A DNA stretch of 63,573 nucleotides, filler included, from Octopus bimaculoides (GCF_001194135.2; 6 parts of 5 records of this genome joined end to end with filler, not necessarily neighbours in it), one strand, 5' to 3'; counted from the whole stretch's first letter, positions 39,801 to 52,449 are shown. The notes: a model not told the origin generated them from the sequence alone. Numbers and translations: made by a program.

Positions 39801-41022
39801 AGGAGAAATGTGAATTCTTTTTGCCTAATAGTAAATATTTAGGACAAATTATAGATAAAAACAAATGACCTGACCCGTCGGGGTTAGATGCAATTAAAAT
39901 TATGCCTCCCGCAACTAACATAGTGACATTACAAGCTTTCCATGGCCTAGCGACCTATTATCAAAATTACATACCAAACATGTATTAACTGAGAGCTCCA
40001 CTAAATAATTTGTTAAAGAAAGACACCAAATGGAATTGGTCAAATAACTGTCAAAAGGCGTTTCAGGATATTGAAAAAGAATATTAATTTCGGATTTGTC
40101 GCTGCCTCATTTTAAGCCTGCTGCGGAGATTCTTGTAGCTTCTGACGCTTCTGAATACGGCGTAGGAGCAGTTTTGTTGCACAAATATAAAGACGGTTAT
40201 ATGAAGGCTGTGGTCCATGCCTCACGTGCTCTGAATGCAGCAGAAAGAAAATAGTCAGATACAGGAAGAAGCTCTAACGGTTATTTTTGCCATGAAGAAA
40301 TTTCACAGATTTCTACACGGTAGAAGTTTTCGGCTTCAGACGGACCACCGACCATTACTATGAATTTTCGGATCGGAGAAAGGAATTCCTACCCATACAG
40401 CAAACAGATTACAATGCTGAGGCACGATGTTGTTAAATTACAACTTTAAGATGGAGCACATTCCTTCTCAGAAAATTGGCCATACGGATTGTTTATCTGG
40501 GCTAATTCCAAAGAATGCGGAACCGCTGGAAGATACGGTAATAGCCGCGTTACAAAAAGAAAAGGAAATTAAACGTTATGTGTAATGTCATTCAGGAGTT
40601 GCCAGTGACTGTACAAGATATAAAAGGTAAATCAGAGGAGGAAAAATACATCATAAAAATGAAGGAAACTTTGAAAAATAAACAAAAGATAAACACAAAT
40701 ACAAACCATTTTTCACTCTGCAATGATGTATTAATGTACACACAAAAAGTGAAAGTACCAACTGTACTATAGAAACGGATATTACATGAATTTCATAGTG
40801 ACACCCGAGGATGTCAAGAGCGAAAGCTTTGATGAGGAGTTACGTGTATTGGTCGACAATGGACCGGGACATTGAAAATTTGGTAAAATCATGCAGAGGT
40901 TGGTAAAATTATGTAGCAGCCAAAGCATCATAGGTGAAATACAAGTCGTGGTCTGAGACAAATAGTCCATGGTCCAGAGTACATATAGACTTCGCAGGAC
41001 CAGTGAATGGCAAGTTGATAGC

Positions 41023-41229
41023 TGATATATCTCGCATTAAGTAAGACGACGTATTTTGTCGGATGCGTGACTGGCCTGAACAGCGTATCTCGCTGACTGA
41101 CACTACTTACTGAGTCTGTCTACTATTTATTAGTAGTGGACCAGCCCACTTCTCATCTGGGGGCGTTTGCCACAACCCCCCCCCCCCTTCGAGGTTTTCT
41201 CCTTTTCTCAACACNNNNNNNNNNNACAC

Positions 41230-41261
<32 letters not shown>

Positions 41262-41844
41262 TTCATTTCTTTTTCTTCTAACTTGAATTATTTTTCTCTT
41301 CTTATTTAGACTTTTTAAGAATTATATTTCTGTTTCACACACAACCATATTTTTTCCTTCAAAATTCCGCAGGTAGTACCAGTCTACATTATTTACTGGC
41401 AGCGCTACTACATATAACGACCTGACTTAAGTCATTCGAACGGACATATATTATTTTTCACTGTTCAGTTTTATCAGACATGTTTTCTTCAAAATATCTT
41501 TTATATTTTTCATTGTGTGTATATTATTTTTCACTGCGTGTAGTTCAGTTCCAATTTTATCAGACTTTTTTTCAGAATCTTTTTTATATATATTTCTCTG
41601 TGTGTATATTACTTTTCACTGTGTGAAGTTTAACTCCCATCTCGGGGTTTTTAACATTTTTCCACTGTGTGAGCTTCGAATTCTCGTCACCACTGATATG
41701 TCCCGCATTATGACGATGTATTTCGTCGTCTGTATGACTGGCCCGAACAGCGTACCTCGCTGACTGACACTACTTACTGAATCTGTCCACTGTTTATTAG
41801 TAGTGGACCAGCCCACTTCTCACCTGAGGGCGTCCACCACAACA
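41023..41844 (-). mobile_element. TRIM-like miniature LTR element nested in the Gypsy integrase
   Basis: Direct repeats 41023-41177 and 41694-41844; 5-bp TSD ATAGC (41018-22, 41845-49); PBS TGGTGACGAG (41683-92); G-rich PPT next to the 3' LTR; non-coding interior. Confidence 0.88.
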
Positions 41845-42457
41845 ATAGCTTTACCAAGTGGCCGGAAGTATGTAGGTGCAGTGAACCTACCTCGAAGGCA
41901 ACAATAAAGTTCCTGCACGAATGTTTTGCTCGATATGGTTCCGGACACCATAGTATCGGACATTGGAAGACAATTTACAGGATACGAGTTCAAAAAATTC
42001 TGCAAAATGCATGCAATCAAGTACATGATTACCTCCAGCCGAAGTCAAATGAACAAGCAGAACGATTCGTAGATAGTTTCAAGCGGGCGCTACTAAAAGC
42101 AAGGAACGAGTTAGGAAATGAAGCGCTCACTAAATTCTTAAGGGTGTATAGAATAACGCCCAATCCGAATACCAGTTCAGGCAAGTCGCTTGCAGCGCTA
42201 ATGTTGGCCCGAAAGATTAAATCGATCTTCAACAAATTGTTACCAAAAGGAAAAACTTATAAAAATAATGCAAAAAATACAAGAACACTAAAGAGAGATG
42301 GCAGGATGGTGTAGCGATTAAAAGAATTGGAAATATGATGTATTTAATAAAAAAGGCCAGCGATGGGAGCATAAACGACATCTAAATCAATTAAAAATCA
42401 GACATACAGAAGAAAGGAAGGAAATTCCAGTGAAAATCGAAATCTCAAATGGGGAGA

Positions 42458-42776
42458 TGTTGTGGCGTGAGTCACGACACCCCCTGTGAGAATAGACTTC
42501 ACCAAACGACTATAAATAGTAGCGGTATGAGTGAGTGTATGTGTGTGAGTGTGTGTGTATGAGAGATAAATAGATAGATAGATAGATAAATAGAGAGATA
42601 GATAAATAAATAGATAGATAGATAGAGAGAGAGTAGGCGTTAATCGCAGGAATTCGTAAGGTGTCGTTTTGGCAGTTTGTAGAAATGTCGTTTGTTAGTT
42701 CATGTATAGTTCGTGGATAGTTTGTTGGCTTGTTAAGTTGTTACCCCGCTTCGTTATATATGTTATCGTTACAACA
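42458..42776 (+). repeat. 3' LTR of the Gypsy element
   Basis: PPT-like GGGGAGA followed by TGTTGT...ACAACA inverted termini. Confidence 0.8.
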
Positions 42777-42940
42777 AAGTTATAATGTAAACAAGTATCG
42801 TCATAAATAGTGGCGATACCATAATAATTGACGACGAGTAAATACGTTACAATAATGACGCTTTGCACCAAGTTAATAAATGTCGACTTCCTGGATGACA
42901 CCTTAAAGCTTGAGACAGAGCTCGTTTTCTTATTTTACTC

Positions 42941-42978
42941 TTAGTTGAAAAAGTCTAAAAGACGGAAACCGGTACTAA
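42941..42978 (+). ncRNA. Degenerate minimal (type I, Penelope-style) hammerhead ribozyme-like motif
   Basis: TTAG-TTGAAAA-A-GTC-TAAAA-GAC-G-GAA-ACCGGT-A-CTAA: stem I TTAG/CTAA, stem II GTC/GAC, palindromic stem III ACCGGT; the core differs from CTGAAGA at 2 positions. Confidence 0.5.
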
Positions 42979-43085
42979 AATGTACTTCATGATAAGATTA
43001 GTTTAGCATTTTCTACCTTGTCTTATTTTCCTTATGCATATCAACTCGTGTATTACTTTTCTACCTTCTACACACACACACACAC

Positions 43086-43146
<61 letters not shown>

Positions 43147-43681
43147 GGCACACTCATACACTTTGATGAAAGAGTGACGACATGTGCTGACCTAACCGGT
43201 TGGAAGCACACAGTAAATTACAGTTTTCGTCGGTCACCTAAGCTTCAAATCACGCAGATCTGCAGGAAGATTGAATGAATAGTCATCTAAGAGGTGACGG
43301 ACGTAAAGTTAGAAATGCAATTGGCAACGGGGAGATACAAGTAGATTGGCAATCATTTGTGAAGAGGGTGCAATGACCGTATATACATTATATGTGAGAG
43401 TGTGTGTTTGTGCGCGTGTGAATGTGCGTATACACACACACATATATATACACACACATTTACATACATACATATACACAGAAATATTTATGCGTATGTG
43501 TGTATACTTTAGTCATGTAAATGGATTAAATAAATAGTAAAACATAGATATTGGAATACAATTCATACCTTCTTCCCCCTCTCTTCTTCCCTCTATTTCT
43601 TTATCTCTCTTTTCCACACGCAAAACAGTCTCGCTTCTTATTTATATTATGTTGTCCCGATATCTTGGATATTCAATTTAC

Positions 43682-43697
43682 CGTTGGCAATGTAACG
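43682..43697 (-). CDS. Candidate 16-nt microexon of a putative minus-strand gene
   Basis: TTTCTTTTATTGCCGCGTCTGTTACTTCAG|CGTTACATTGCCAACG|GTAAAT; splice signals only. Confidence 0.25.
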
Positions 43698-44281
43698 CTG
43701 AAGTAACAGACGCGGCAATAAAAGAAATACAGAAAAAATACAACAGATAGATAAATAAAAACTAAAAATCCCCATATGGTTAATACATAAACAAATTATC
43801 TAGTTTCTTGAAGCTACCGGGAAAAATATGATCCTAAAAACGAATTTAACTCGTGTATAACTATGAAGCAGAAAATTAATGAAATGAATCAACAGAAATT
43901 ATAACAGAAATAGATGAAAAAAATAAAGCGCGATTCTAAACAAAACTACTTGCAGGTATTTTCACAATAAAAATAGGAAGCTTTAACAACGACGCATGAT
44001 ATATAAAAATATTATAAATTTACTTTACAGCAATAATTTATGTATATGTATACATATATATATACACATATTACATATATACAGACACAGACACAGACAC
44101 ACACACATACATACACACACACACACACACACATATATATATGCATACATACATATTTTCAAAGATATATATCTACACACACACACACATATATATATAT
44201 ACATACAGACATATATATATATATATATACATACACACACACATATATATATACATACATACATGCATACATATTTTCAAG

Positions 44282-44320
<39 letters not shown>

Positions 44321-44586
44321 TTTATCTCTCTCTCTCTCTCTCTCTCTCTNNNNNNNNNNNNNNNNNNNNNNNNNNNNNNNNNNNNNNNNNNNNNNNNNNN
44401 NNNNNNNNNNNNNNNNNNNNNNNNNNNNNNNNNNNNNNNNNNNNNNNNNNNNNNNNNNNNNNNNNNNNNNNNNNNNNNNNNNNNNNNNNNNNNNNNNNNN
44501 NNNNNNACACACAACACACAGACACACACCACACAGAGGCACACACACACACACGCACACACACACACAACACACAGACACGCGCA

Positions 44587-44634
<48 letters not shown>

Positions 44635-45059
44635 GCACGCACACACTTACGCACACGCATTTCCATACACTTTATATATTTGTGTTAAAAATACGGTTAA
44701 ATTCTCGTTTCTCTTTTTATCAATTTTGTTTTTCATATTTCCGTATATGTTCTTTGCAGTATGTTTGGAATAGTAATATTCCTAGATCCATCATTAGCGT
44801 TTCTGCAGATTCATACTTTTATATTAAAACAAACTGTTGCTTCTTTATAATAGACGTGATTTGTAAAGATATAAGCCTCTATTTTACTTGGAATGTCTAG
44901 AAACGTTGACAAGAGATTTAGACACTATAATGTTCCAAACGACTACAGTTAAAGGAATAAATGATTTGGGCTAAAATGAAACATTGGTAAAAAGAAAAAA
45001 ACTAGAACACAGTCGTGCTTTCATTATATGTCTATATATGATGCTGTTTGCATATATAC

Positions 45060-45812
45060 AACACTCCCTGTGTGAATTGATGTATTATCATCCTGAAAGA
45101 TTGTCTTTCCCCCAGGAAACAGTTCCGCAACCATAGGATGAATTTGATCGGATAAAATGCTTAAATAGTCTTGACTATTAATTCTGCCACGAAGGGAAAT
45201 CATTGGGCTAGCGGATTTTCAAGATATAGCTCCCCACCATATCATCACAGATCCTCCTCTATTTTCAACAGTTGGAGGAAGGCAGTCTGGGTAAAATGTC
45301 TCTTTTGGCTGTCTCCACACGTATACTCGGCCGATGGTCGGAAAGAAAGTAAAGGATGACTCGTTTCAGAAAATAACATTCCTCCACTGCTCTGGGGACC
45401 AATTCTGTAAGTTTTCACTCCACTCTAAACGCTTTGCAACGTTTGTTTTTGAAAGTAGTAGTTTTCTGATTGCAGCCCTTCCGTGAAATTCGGCTTTGTG
45501 CAGGTCCCGGCGAACTGTTTTTTGGAAACTGGGTTCTCGAGGTGGTCATTAAGCTCTGCTGTAATTTTGGGAGCTGTACTTTTGTGATCCTTTCTAACAA
45601 TTTACGTAAGAGTCCGATAGTCCCTATCTGAAAGTTTGGTTTTTTTTCGGAGTTTTGTTTTGACGAGGAGGTTTTTCCCTCTTTCTCATAGGCTGTCATT
45701 ACTTTCGCGACAGTACTTTTTGATACACCAAACATTTCGGTTGTTTTTGTTACGCTAGCGCCTGCCATACGAGCACAAACAATTTCACCTCTTTGAAAGT
45801 TCGGATGCTCGA
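45060..45812 (-). mobile_element. Decayed Tc1 transposase fragment
   Basis: NFQRGEIVCARMAGASVTKTTEMFGVSKSTVAKVMTAY; EQWRNVIF*NESSF; IFQDDNTSIHT. Confidence 0.85.
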
Positions 45813-45814
45813 AC

Positions 45815-46345
45815 ATAAGGACCATGACAACTGGTCTGTCAGAAGACCTCCAAACGATCAGTGACACACACAAGACATCTGATCAATAACGAGCTGCTAC
45901 GACTCCGAGTGAACATTGCAGCACTCCAGGAAACGAGGCTCCCAGATTCGGGAACCCTTCGTGAAAGAGACTATACCAATTTCTGGCAAGGGAAAGGCAT
46001 AGATGAAGTCAGAGAACATGGTGTCGGCTTTGCTATGAAGAATTCTCTGCTGAATCTGGTAGAACTCAACAGTGACGGTTCAGAGTGGATGCTCTGACTT
46101 CGACTGAACACTTCTGATAGGCCTGTCAACCTTATCAGTGCTTATGCTCCAACCCTCTATTCCTCACAAGATGTCAAAGATAATTTCTACGATCAACTCT
46201 CTAGGAAAATACAGGCAATCCCAAATGGAGAACAGCTGGTGATACTTAGCGACTTCAACGACAGAATGGGAGCTGATCACAGCTACTTGCTAGGGTGTCT
46301 GGATCGGTATGTGGTTGCAACATGAACGAAAATTGGCAACGGCTA
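45815..46345 (+). mobile_element. RTE (BovB-like) LINE apurinic endonuclease fragment
   Basis: NIAALQETRLPDSG...FWQGK...HGVGFA; NLISAYAPTL; KDNFYDQL; ILSDFNDRMG. Confidence 0.88.
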
Positions 46346-46406
46346 CCTGTCTGTCTGCCTGTCTGTCTGTCCGTCTGTCTGTTTATCTATCTATCAATCT
46401 ATCTAC

Positions 46407-46438
<32 letters not shown>

Positions 46439-46695
46439 TTGAGCGACAGATATTGCGCAGAAAATCAGTTTCCGCCTAGTAAATTCTGCTCATACGGCAC
46501 CCTCTACTCGACCGAAAGCTATTTTTAGCAGAACCCCAGTTGTAAATGATGTGATTCGATCTTCTTAACAATTCTACTGCCATACCTACGTCTAGCCAAT
46601 GAAATTTTGTCTTGTTATTGATGCAATGCAGTACAACTTCTTTGAATGATAGACTTTTGACTAGTTTCCCGGGTATTAAGTCAGCTGTGACTCAC

Positions 46696-46766
46696 ATTTC
46701 ATTGGAAAGGGTAATATTTGAAAGTAAACATTGATCCGATGCGGGTGAGAACCATGCCATCGAAGA
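46696..46766 (-). CDS. Candidate 71-nt internal exon
   Basis: TTTTCTTTTTCTTACATTTCATAG|TCTTCG...GAAAT|GTGAGT; two open frames (LRWHGSHPHRINVYFQILPFPMK or MAWFSPASDQCLLSNITLSNE); no homology recognised. Confidence 0.4.
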
Positions 46767-47321
46767 CTATGAAATGTAAGAAAAAGAAAATGCAAATTAA
46801 TTCAATGTTGTTTCCAGTTGTCGTTGTCCTTAGAGTACAAATAAATGTTATGTATGTTATTTTATTGATCTTTTGACAAGAATAATATTTATAACATTGT
46901 GTTCTTGTCTCTTGATCAATAGTTGCTTGAAGAAAAGCCAGCTTATATGTCACGAAGGAAAGTCTTTTGCTACATCAAAGTATTCTGAAATGATGAGTCA
47001 TTTTCTTTCATTAATTTGTGAGAAAAATTGGTTCAATTTGACTTGCCTTTGAACATTTCTGAACTTTTCTTGTATCAACAACCAATCTCTTCTATATACT
47101 GTCTTTTGCATCTTTTACACTTCTTTCTTTCTTTGAATAACAGTTAGATTATTTTAGGAAGCGCAGCGATTGTGCATGTATAAGTGTTTGACGAGCGTGC
47201 GTGTGCCTGTGTATATATGTATTTATTATGTATTTATGCATGTATGCATGTATGTATATATGTATGTATGTATTTAACCCTTTCTCTCCCTCCCCTCTTT
47301 CCCCCTATCTCTCTCTATATA

Positions 47322-48030
47322 CAGGGTGCGAGGAATAAATTGTCGCCTAAATTACACAAAAATAAAAATAACACTGACATCTCAGATATATATTTACCAA
47401 AATTACATAAAAATATCTTGAAATACTAAAGAGTAAATTCATTCAATAAAATCTCCATTGGCTTCAACCACGGCCTCCAGACGATTTCGGAATCTCCTGC
47501 AACTCTTCTGGATGGTCTCCTTGTTTAAGTTGGGGAATATTGCCATAATCCTTGCCTTCAGTTCATCTTTGGTGTTACAAGGAGTTTTGTTGGTCTCTTG
47601 CTCAACTGCGCTCCACGCATAATAAAGTTAGGTGGCCAGATGTTAAGGTTTGATGTAGTCACAAAGATTGTCTGATAGCTATGACTAGATTCTCCTGCTT
47701 GTTTGGCATGGTACAGAGCCCTGTTGCTAGACATAGAGTCTTCCAGCAGCTACCCTCTTGACCCAGGCAGCACTACCTCCTCCAGGCACTTGATGTAGGC
47801 CTCCGTGTTGAGTGTGAGGCCGTGTGGGAAGACAAATGGAGGCATAACGTCACCATCACTAGTGATCACTCCAAACACTATGATGTTGACTGGATGTTTG
47901 ATTTTTATCACTCTCGGTACATGTTTTGGGGACACGGCAAGCCAACGGTTGTTCTGTGTGTTTCCCATTTGATCCTGGCAGAAATTTTTCTCGTCTGAGA
48001 AAAACCAAAGTATATTCAGTTGATGGCAAA
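47322..48030 (-). mobile_element. IS630/Tc1/mariner (maT/DD37D-like) transposase 3' half with right TIR
   Basis: FSDEKNF...QNNRWLA...FGVITSDG..MPPFVF; IWPP; YAWSAVE...NTKDELKARI...FRNRLEAVVEANGDFIE; end TA|CAGGGTG. Confidence 0.85.
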
Positions 48031-48071
48031 TAATCCAAACTAGATTGAAAACATCTATAATTATATGTAAA

Positions 48072-49423
48072 TACTAGCAGAAATACCCGGCTTTGCCCGG
48101 GTTAAAGAGAATAATGAAATCTAAAAACGCCGTCTAGACTACGCAACCCTCAACTGTTAGTAGCTACGATACCATATTTCTACATTATTAACTCTCCAAT
48201 CCATGCCAGCATGGAACATAGACATTAAGTGGAATGCCAGTCTCTCATCTAGGAGGGCCTTGAAATCAATGTTACCAACTGGGGATTATGTGTGTCGCAG
48301 TGATAATAAAAAGACCCAAAGGAGGTCTGCAACGAAATAATTTTACTCAACACTTTGCAAGTGAATCAGTGGAGGCAAAGATGCGCCTCATTTACTTGAC
48401 AATTTATGCACCACATTGCAGAAATCTGTACCGTTGAATTANNNNNNNNNNNNNNNNNNNNNNNNNNNNNNNNNNNNNNNNNNNNNNNNNNNNNNNNNNN
48501 NNNNNNNNNNNNNNNNNNNNNNNNNNNNNNNNNNNNNNNNNNNNNNNNNNNNNNNNNNNNNNNNNNNNNNNNNNNNNNNNNNNNNNNNNNNNNNNNNNNN
48601 NNNNNNNNNNNNNNNNNNNNNNNNNNNNNNNNNNNNNNNNNNNNNNNNNNNNNNNNNNNNNNNNNNNNNNNNNNNNNNNNNNNNNNNNNNNNNNNNNNNN
48701 NNNNNNNNNNNNNNNNNNNNNNNNNNNNNNNNNNNNNNNNNNNNNNNNNNNNNNNNNNNNNNNNNNNNNNNNNNNNNNNNNNNNNNNNNNNNNNNNNNNN
48801 NNNNNNNNNNNNNNNNNNNNNNNNNNNNNNNNNNNNNNNNNNNNNNNNNNNNNNNNNNNNNNNNNNNNNNNNNNNNNNNNNNNNNNNNNNNNNNNNNNNN
48901 NNNNNNNNNNNNNNNNNNNNNNNNNNNNNNNNNNNNNNNNNNNNNNNNNNNNNNNNNNNNNNNNNNNNNNNNNNNNNNNNNNNNNNNNNNNNNNNNNNNN
49001 NNNNNNNNNNNNNNNNNNNNNNNNNNNNNNNNNNNNNNNNNNNNNNNNNNNNNNNNNNNNNNNNNNNNNNNNNNNNNNNNNNNNNNNNNNNNNNNNNNNN
49101 NNNNNNNNNNNNNNAGTACAGTATCGAAATGTGATTGTTTCAGTTAGTAGAATAGTTTCATTTTTAAAGTGAAAGTATTTGACAGGAGTGTTTTTGTTTC
49201 ACTTTTGACACGTAATACTTAAATAGTGGAGGAGATATTATGTTGTCGTGGGCTCGAACTCTGCAAGAAGTTAAAAATTTTTTTGACTAAAACACAACTG
49301 GAACCCTAAGTAAGGCATCTGTAAAATTTGAATGAAATTGGTTGCGTAGTTCTCGAGTTTTAGGGATTCACACAGACAGACAGACAGACAGACACACATT
49401 CTCATTTATATATATATATAGAT
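48072..49423 (+). mobile_element. Non-autonomous Helitron/Helentron-like element (DINE-1/Lep1 architecture), gapped
   Basis: 5' ACTAGC..ACCCGGCTTTGCCCGGGT hairpin; 3' (ACAG)n followed by ATATATAGAT. Confidence 0.6.
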
Positions 49424-49861
49424 AGCAGGAAACATGGGAGATCTGGAATGTGAAAACTCATGGTGATTTAGCGTAGATGAGGTAGAAGAGACGGTCTTTA
49501 GTGTTGATTCGTCATAGATAAGTAAGTAGAACCCGTGAGATCACTGGTGAAAAACTCGTGAGTGATAGTTAGGAAGGTAAGGTAGTACTTTACTTCTGTT
49601 TCTGAGATAGGAGAAAATTAGAAGTACGTCTGTGCATTATGCCAACTTATAAAGCAGCTAGAACACTACATTACTGACAGTCAACTCTTGTTTCTGCGGA
49701 TCCAGCATCCCTGCACTTGACATTGAAATTGAAACACTTGTTTTGGTCGGAGAACTTATAGTATGTGCCTACTATCTATATGTTCTTTTGCACCTCAAGT
49801 ACATACATACATACATACATACATACATACATACATACATACATACATACATACATACATA

Positions 49862-50495
49862 CAAGGGATTGAGATTCAGGAAAAGCAGTAAAATTTGACA
49901 AAGGATGTAGACTTTGTAGAGTTAACACCGAAGATATCCACATCATAAGCAGTTGTCCGAAAATGTCATCAAGGTATTATCTGCCGATGAGACATGATGT
50001 TGTAGCTAGGACACTGTATAATGAGATCCGTCGGAAGGATAACCCTGAGGACAGAGAAATAAGAACTCACAGTATGGTAGAAGTCATGGCCACTCATAAG
50101 AAAAAGGTGCAATGGTGGAATGTCCTGGTGAAAACCTCAATAAAATATAAGCACAACAGACCTGATATAATGATTTGGGATAGAGAAGAGAAAATGTGTA
50201 CAGTTGTGTAAATTAGCTGCCCAGCGGATGTTAACATAAAGCTGAAGATCAGTGAAAAAGAGAATTCCTACGCTGAACTATTGAGAAATCAGCAGTTAAT
50301 CTTTCCAGATTACAAGTTCAGGTTTATACCTGTAATTATTGGGGCCCTGTGATGTGTAACACACTGCCTAGATACCAATCTTGAGAAATTAGGCTTCTCA
50401 AAACTAGAAAGGATAAAGCTAACTCGAAAACTACAGCTCCAATCCATCAATGGAATTGTAAAAATCTGTTAAACTTTCCAGAAGTTTTATCATTT
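49862..50495 (+). mobile_element. RLE-clade element 3' fragment (zinc knuckle plus RLE), third family, preceded by (TACA)n
   Basis: CRLCRVNTEDIHIISSCPKM...RHD; HNRPDIMIWD; ISCPAD; IPVIIGAL. Confidence 0.85.
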
Positions 50496-50705
50496 AAATA
50501 TATATGAGCATGCCTAGATATGCATCTATAGGCATGAGAATACATACATAAAACAAAACATATACAAATCTGCACATATGCATACCTACCTACCTACTTA
50601 CATACGTTATTGTTCTTGAAATAAAACTTAACAATTACATACACATATACATACATACACACGCACATATATAGATAGATTATACATATATATACATATA
50701 TACAC

Positions 50706-50748
<43 letters not shown>

Positions 50749-50803
50749 TCTCTCTCTTTGTATATAAGCATAAAATAATCAAAAAGTTAAAATTATTAAT
50801 TTA

Positions 50804-51323
50804 TAATCAAGGTACTAGAGTACACAGCATTGCTAGAAATTGGAGTCAAATGGCCCAAGAACCACAGTAAATCACTTATATACACACTGGTGAATTCGAG
50901 GAAAACGAGTATATAAAAAGTCATCTTACCAATAGCGATTAAAAATCGCAAATGAGTTGCAAACGTACTCATATCATGTGATTTCTGACTAATAATATTT
51001 TAATATATTTTTATAATTTTATTCATTTCCATCATTTTGAAATTGCCGCTGCGTTCATATGGTCAATACACACATGGTGACGCGAGTATTTTAGCCCTCG
51101 GCAGAAATACTCACTGCCAAAGACTAAGTGTTTATCACAGGGTTCGAAAAATCACGTGAAATGAGTACGTCTACAACTCATTTGCGATTTTTACTCGCTA
51201 TTGGTAAGATGGCGCTTTATATTCTCGTTTTCCTCGAATTCACCAGTGTGTATATAAATGCGGTTCTTGAGCCGTTTGACTACTATTTCTAGCAATGCTG
51301 TGTACTGTTTAGTATCTTGATTA
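50804..51323. mobile_element. Foldback/MITE element with ~180-bp inverted arms, TA-flanked
   Basis: 50804-50985 is the approximate reverse complement of 51147-51323 (e.g. GTACACAGCATTGCTAGAAAT; CACTGGTGAATTCGAGGAAAACGAG). Confidence 0.88.
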
Positions 51324-52195
51324 CACACACACACACGTACAGAGTAATTAATATATATATATACATTTGCGTAGGTTTATACACACACATGTACAGGTGT
51401 GTGTATATAACTGAAAATATGAACACATATATGTGTTTTTGATTTTGTGAGTATACATACATATGCCAGATCACAATTATATTAATGTGATTATGAGTAC
51501 GAGTATGAATATATGAAGATTTATATGTGTATTTGTTCGTATACACATAATTTACACTTACGCATCCATGCATATAGAAATATATGAAACTCTATATACA
51601 CACACAAACACACATACATATGTCGCAAATGATTTGAATTGTATTATAACCACTTGGGGATAAAAAAATTCTTGGCAGATTTGACTCGGAGTTAGTGAAG
51701 TTAACATTCATTCATTAATCATGTGTAGTACAATATGAATATGAAAATTATGTCATTTGATTTATGTTCTGTCAAAAATATCAGATCAGTGAATCTGAAG
51801 TAATGAGTAAAACGTTGGCTTTTACTATCTGGCATAGATGGTAACGAGCAATGAAATACTAAAGTTCGGCACCTACAGACTAAGAGTGAGAGAGTGAGAA
51901 AGAGTATAGTAGAAGAAATGAGAGATTTTATCTAAGAAAATTCAACTGTCGTTCCAGACGCGGGACCTGAATTTGATAATGATGTCATGAGAATGACAAC
52001 AAAATGGAGTAGGGGAACACAACCTGATAACAATTCAAATAAAAACAGCCACAGTTACAGCGACATGAACAAAACCAACAGCACCATCACCTCAAGGTGA
52101 CAAACACGGAGACTAGAAAAATGGCCCGAGAGAAGGCTGTACTTGATAGATCGTGTTGAAATGACCACTGTCTCTGCCTGACCACTGTGCATTAC

Positions 52196-52300
52196 CTCAG
52201 CTGCCGCCTAATAAGATTGTCGAAGGAATGCGTTTTCATCTTCTTGCAGCATCCTCTGCGCGGCAGCTTGATGTACGGACAAGCGCTGAGGCTGTGTCAC
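52196..52300 (-). CDS. Candidate exon 2 of a putative minus-strand gene (possible start MKTHSFDNLIRRQL)
   Basis: CCGTCTTTTAATCTTTGCAG|GTGACA...CTGAG|GTAATG; an upstream donor GCG|GTAAGC at 52449 gives a 149-nt intron. A plus-strand exon (52250-52347) is also possible. Confidence 0.35.
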
Positions 52301-52449
52301 CTGCAAAGATTAAAAGACGGTTAACTTGCGTCGGCACCTTTCATGAGGTACGTCTTTCCGCAGCTCATTTCCTTGACGGAACTACGGTTCCGGATGAAGT
52401 AAAGACCGAGGCAGAGTACCTGGCATATAGAATGTTGTCATTTGCTTAC

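Larger units (their letters stand above)
38611..42776 (+). mobile_element. Decayed Ty3/Gypsy LTR retrotransposon (gag zinc knuckle, PR, RT, RNase H, integrase, PPT, 3' LTR); 5' end lost in gap
   Basis: CYGCGALHFKKDC; LQVDTGSDIS; KLDLSNAY, PYLDDVLI; ASDASEYG, QTDHRPL; PWSRVHIDFAGP, VDSFTKWPE, AERFVDSFKRAL; many stops and frameshifts. Confidence 0.93.

Noticed and set aside
47060-47140. KCKRCKRQYIEEIG as another GIY-YIG relic or GC-donor exon
   Set aside because: Too short and purine-biased to tell from chance.
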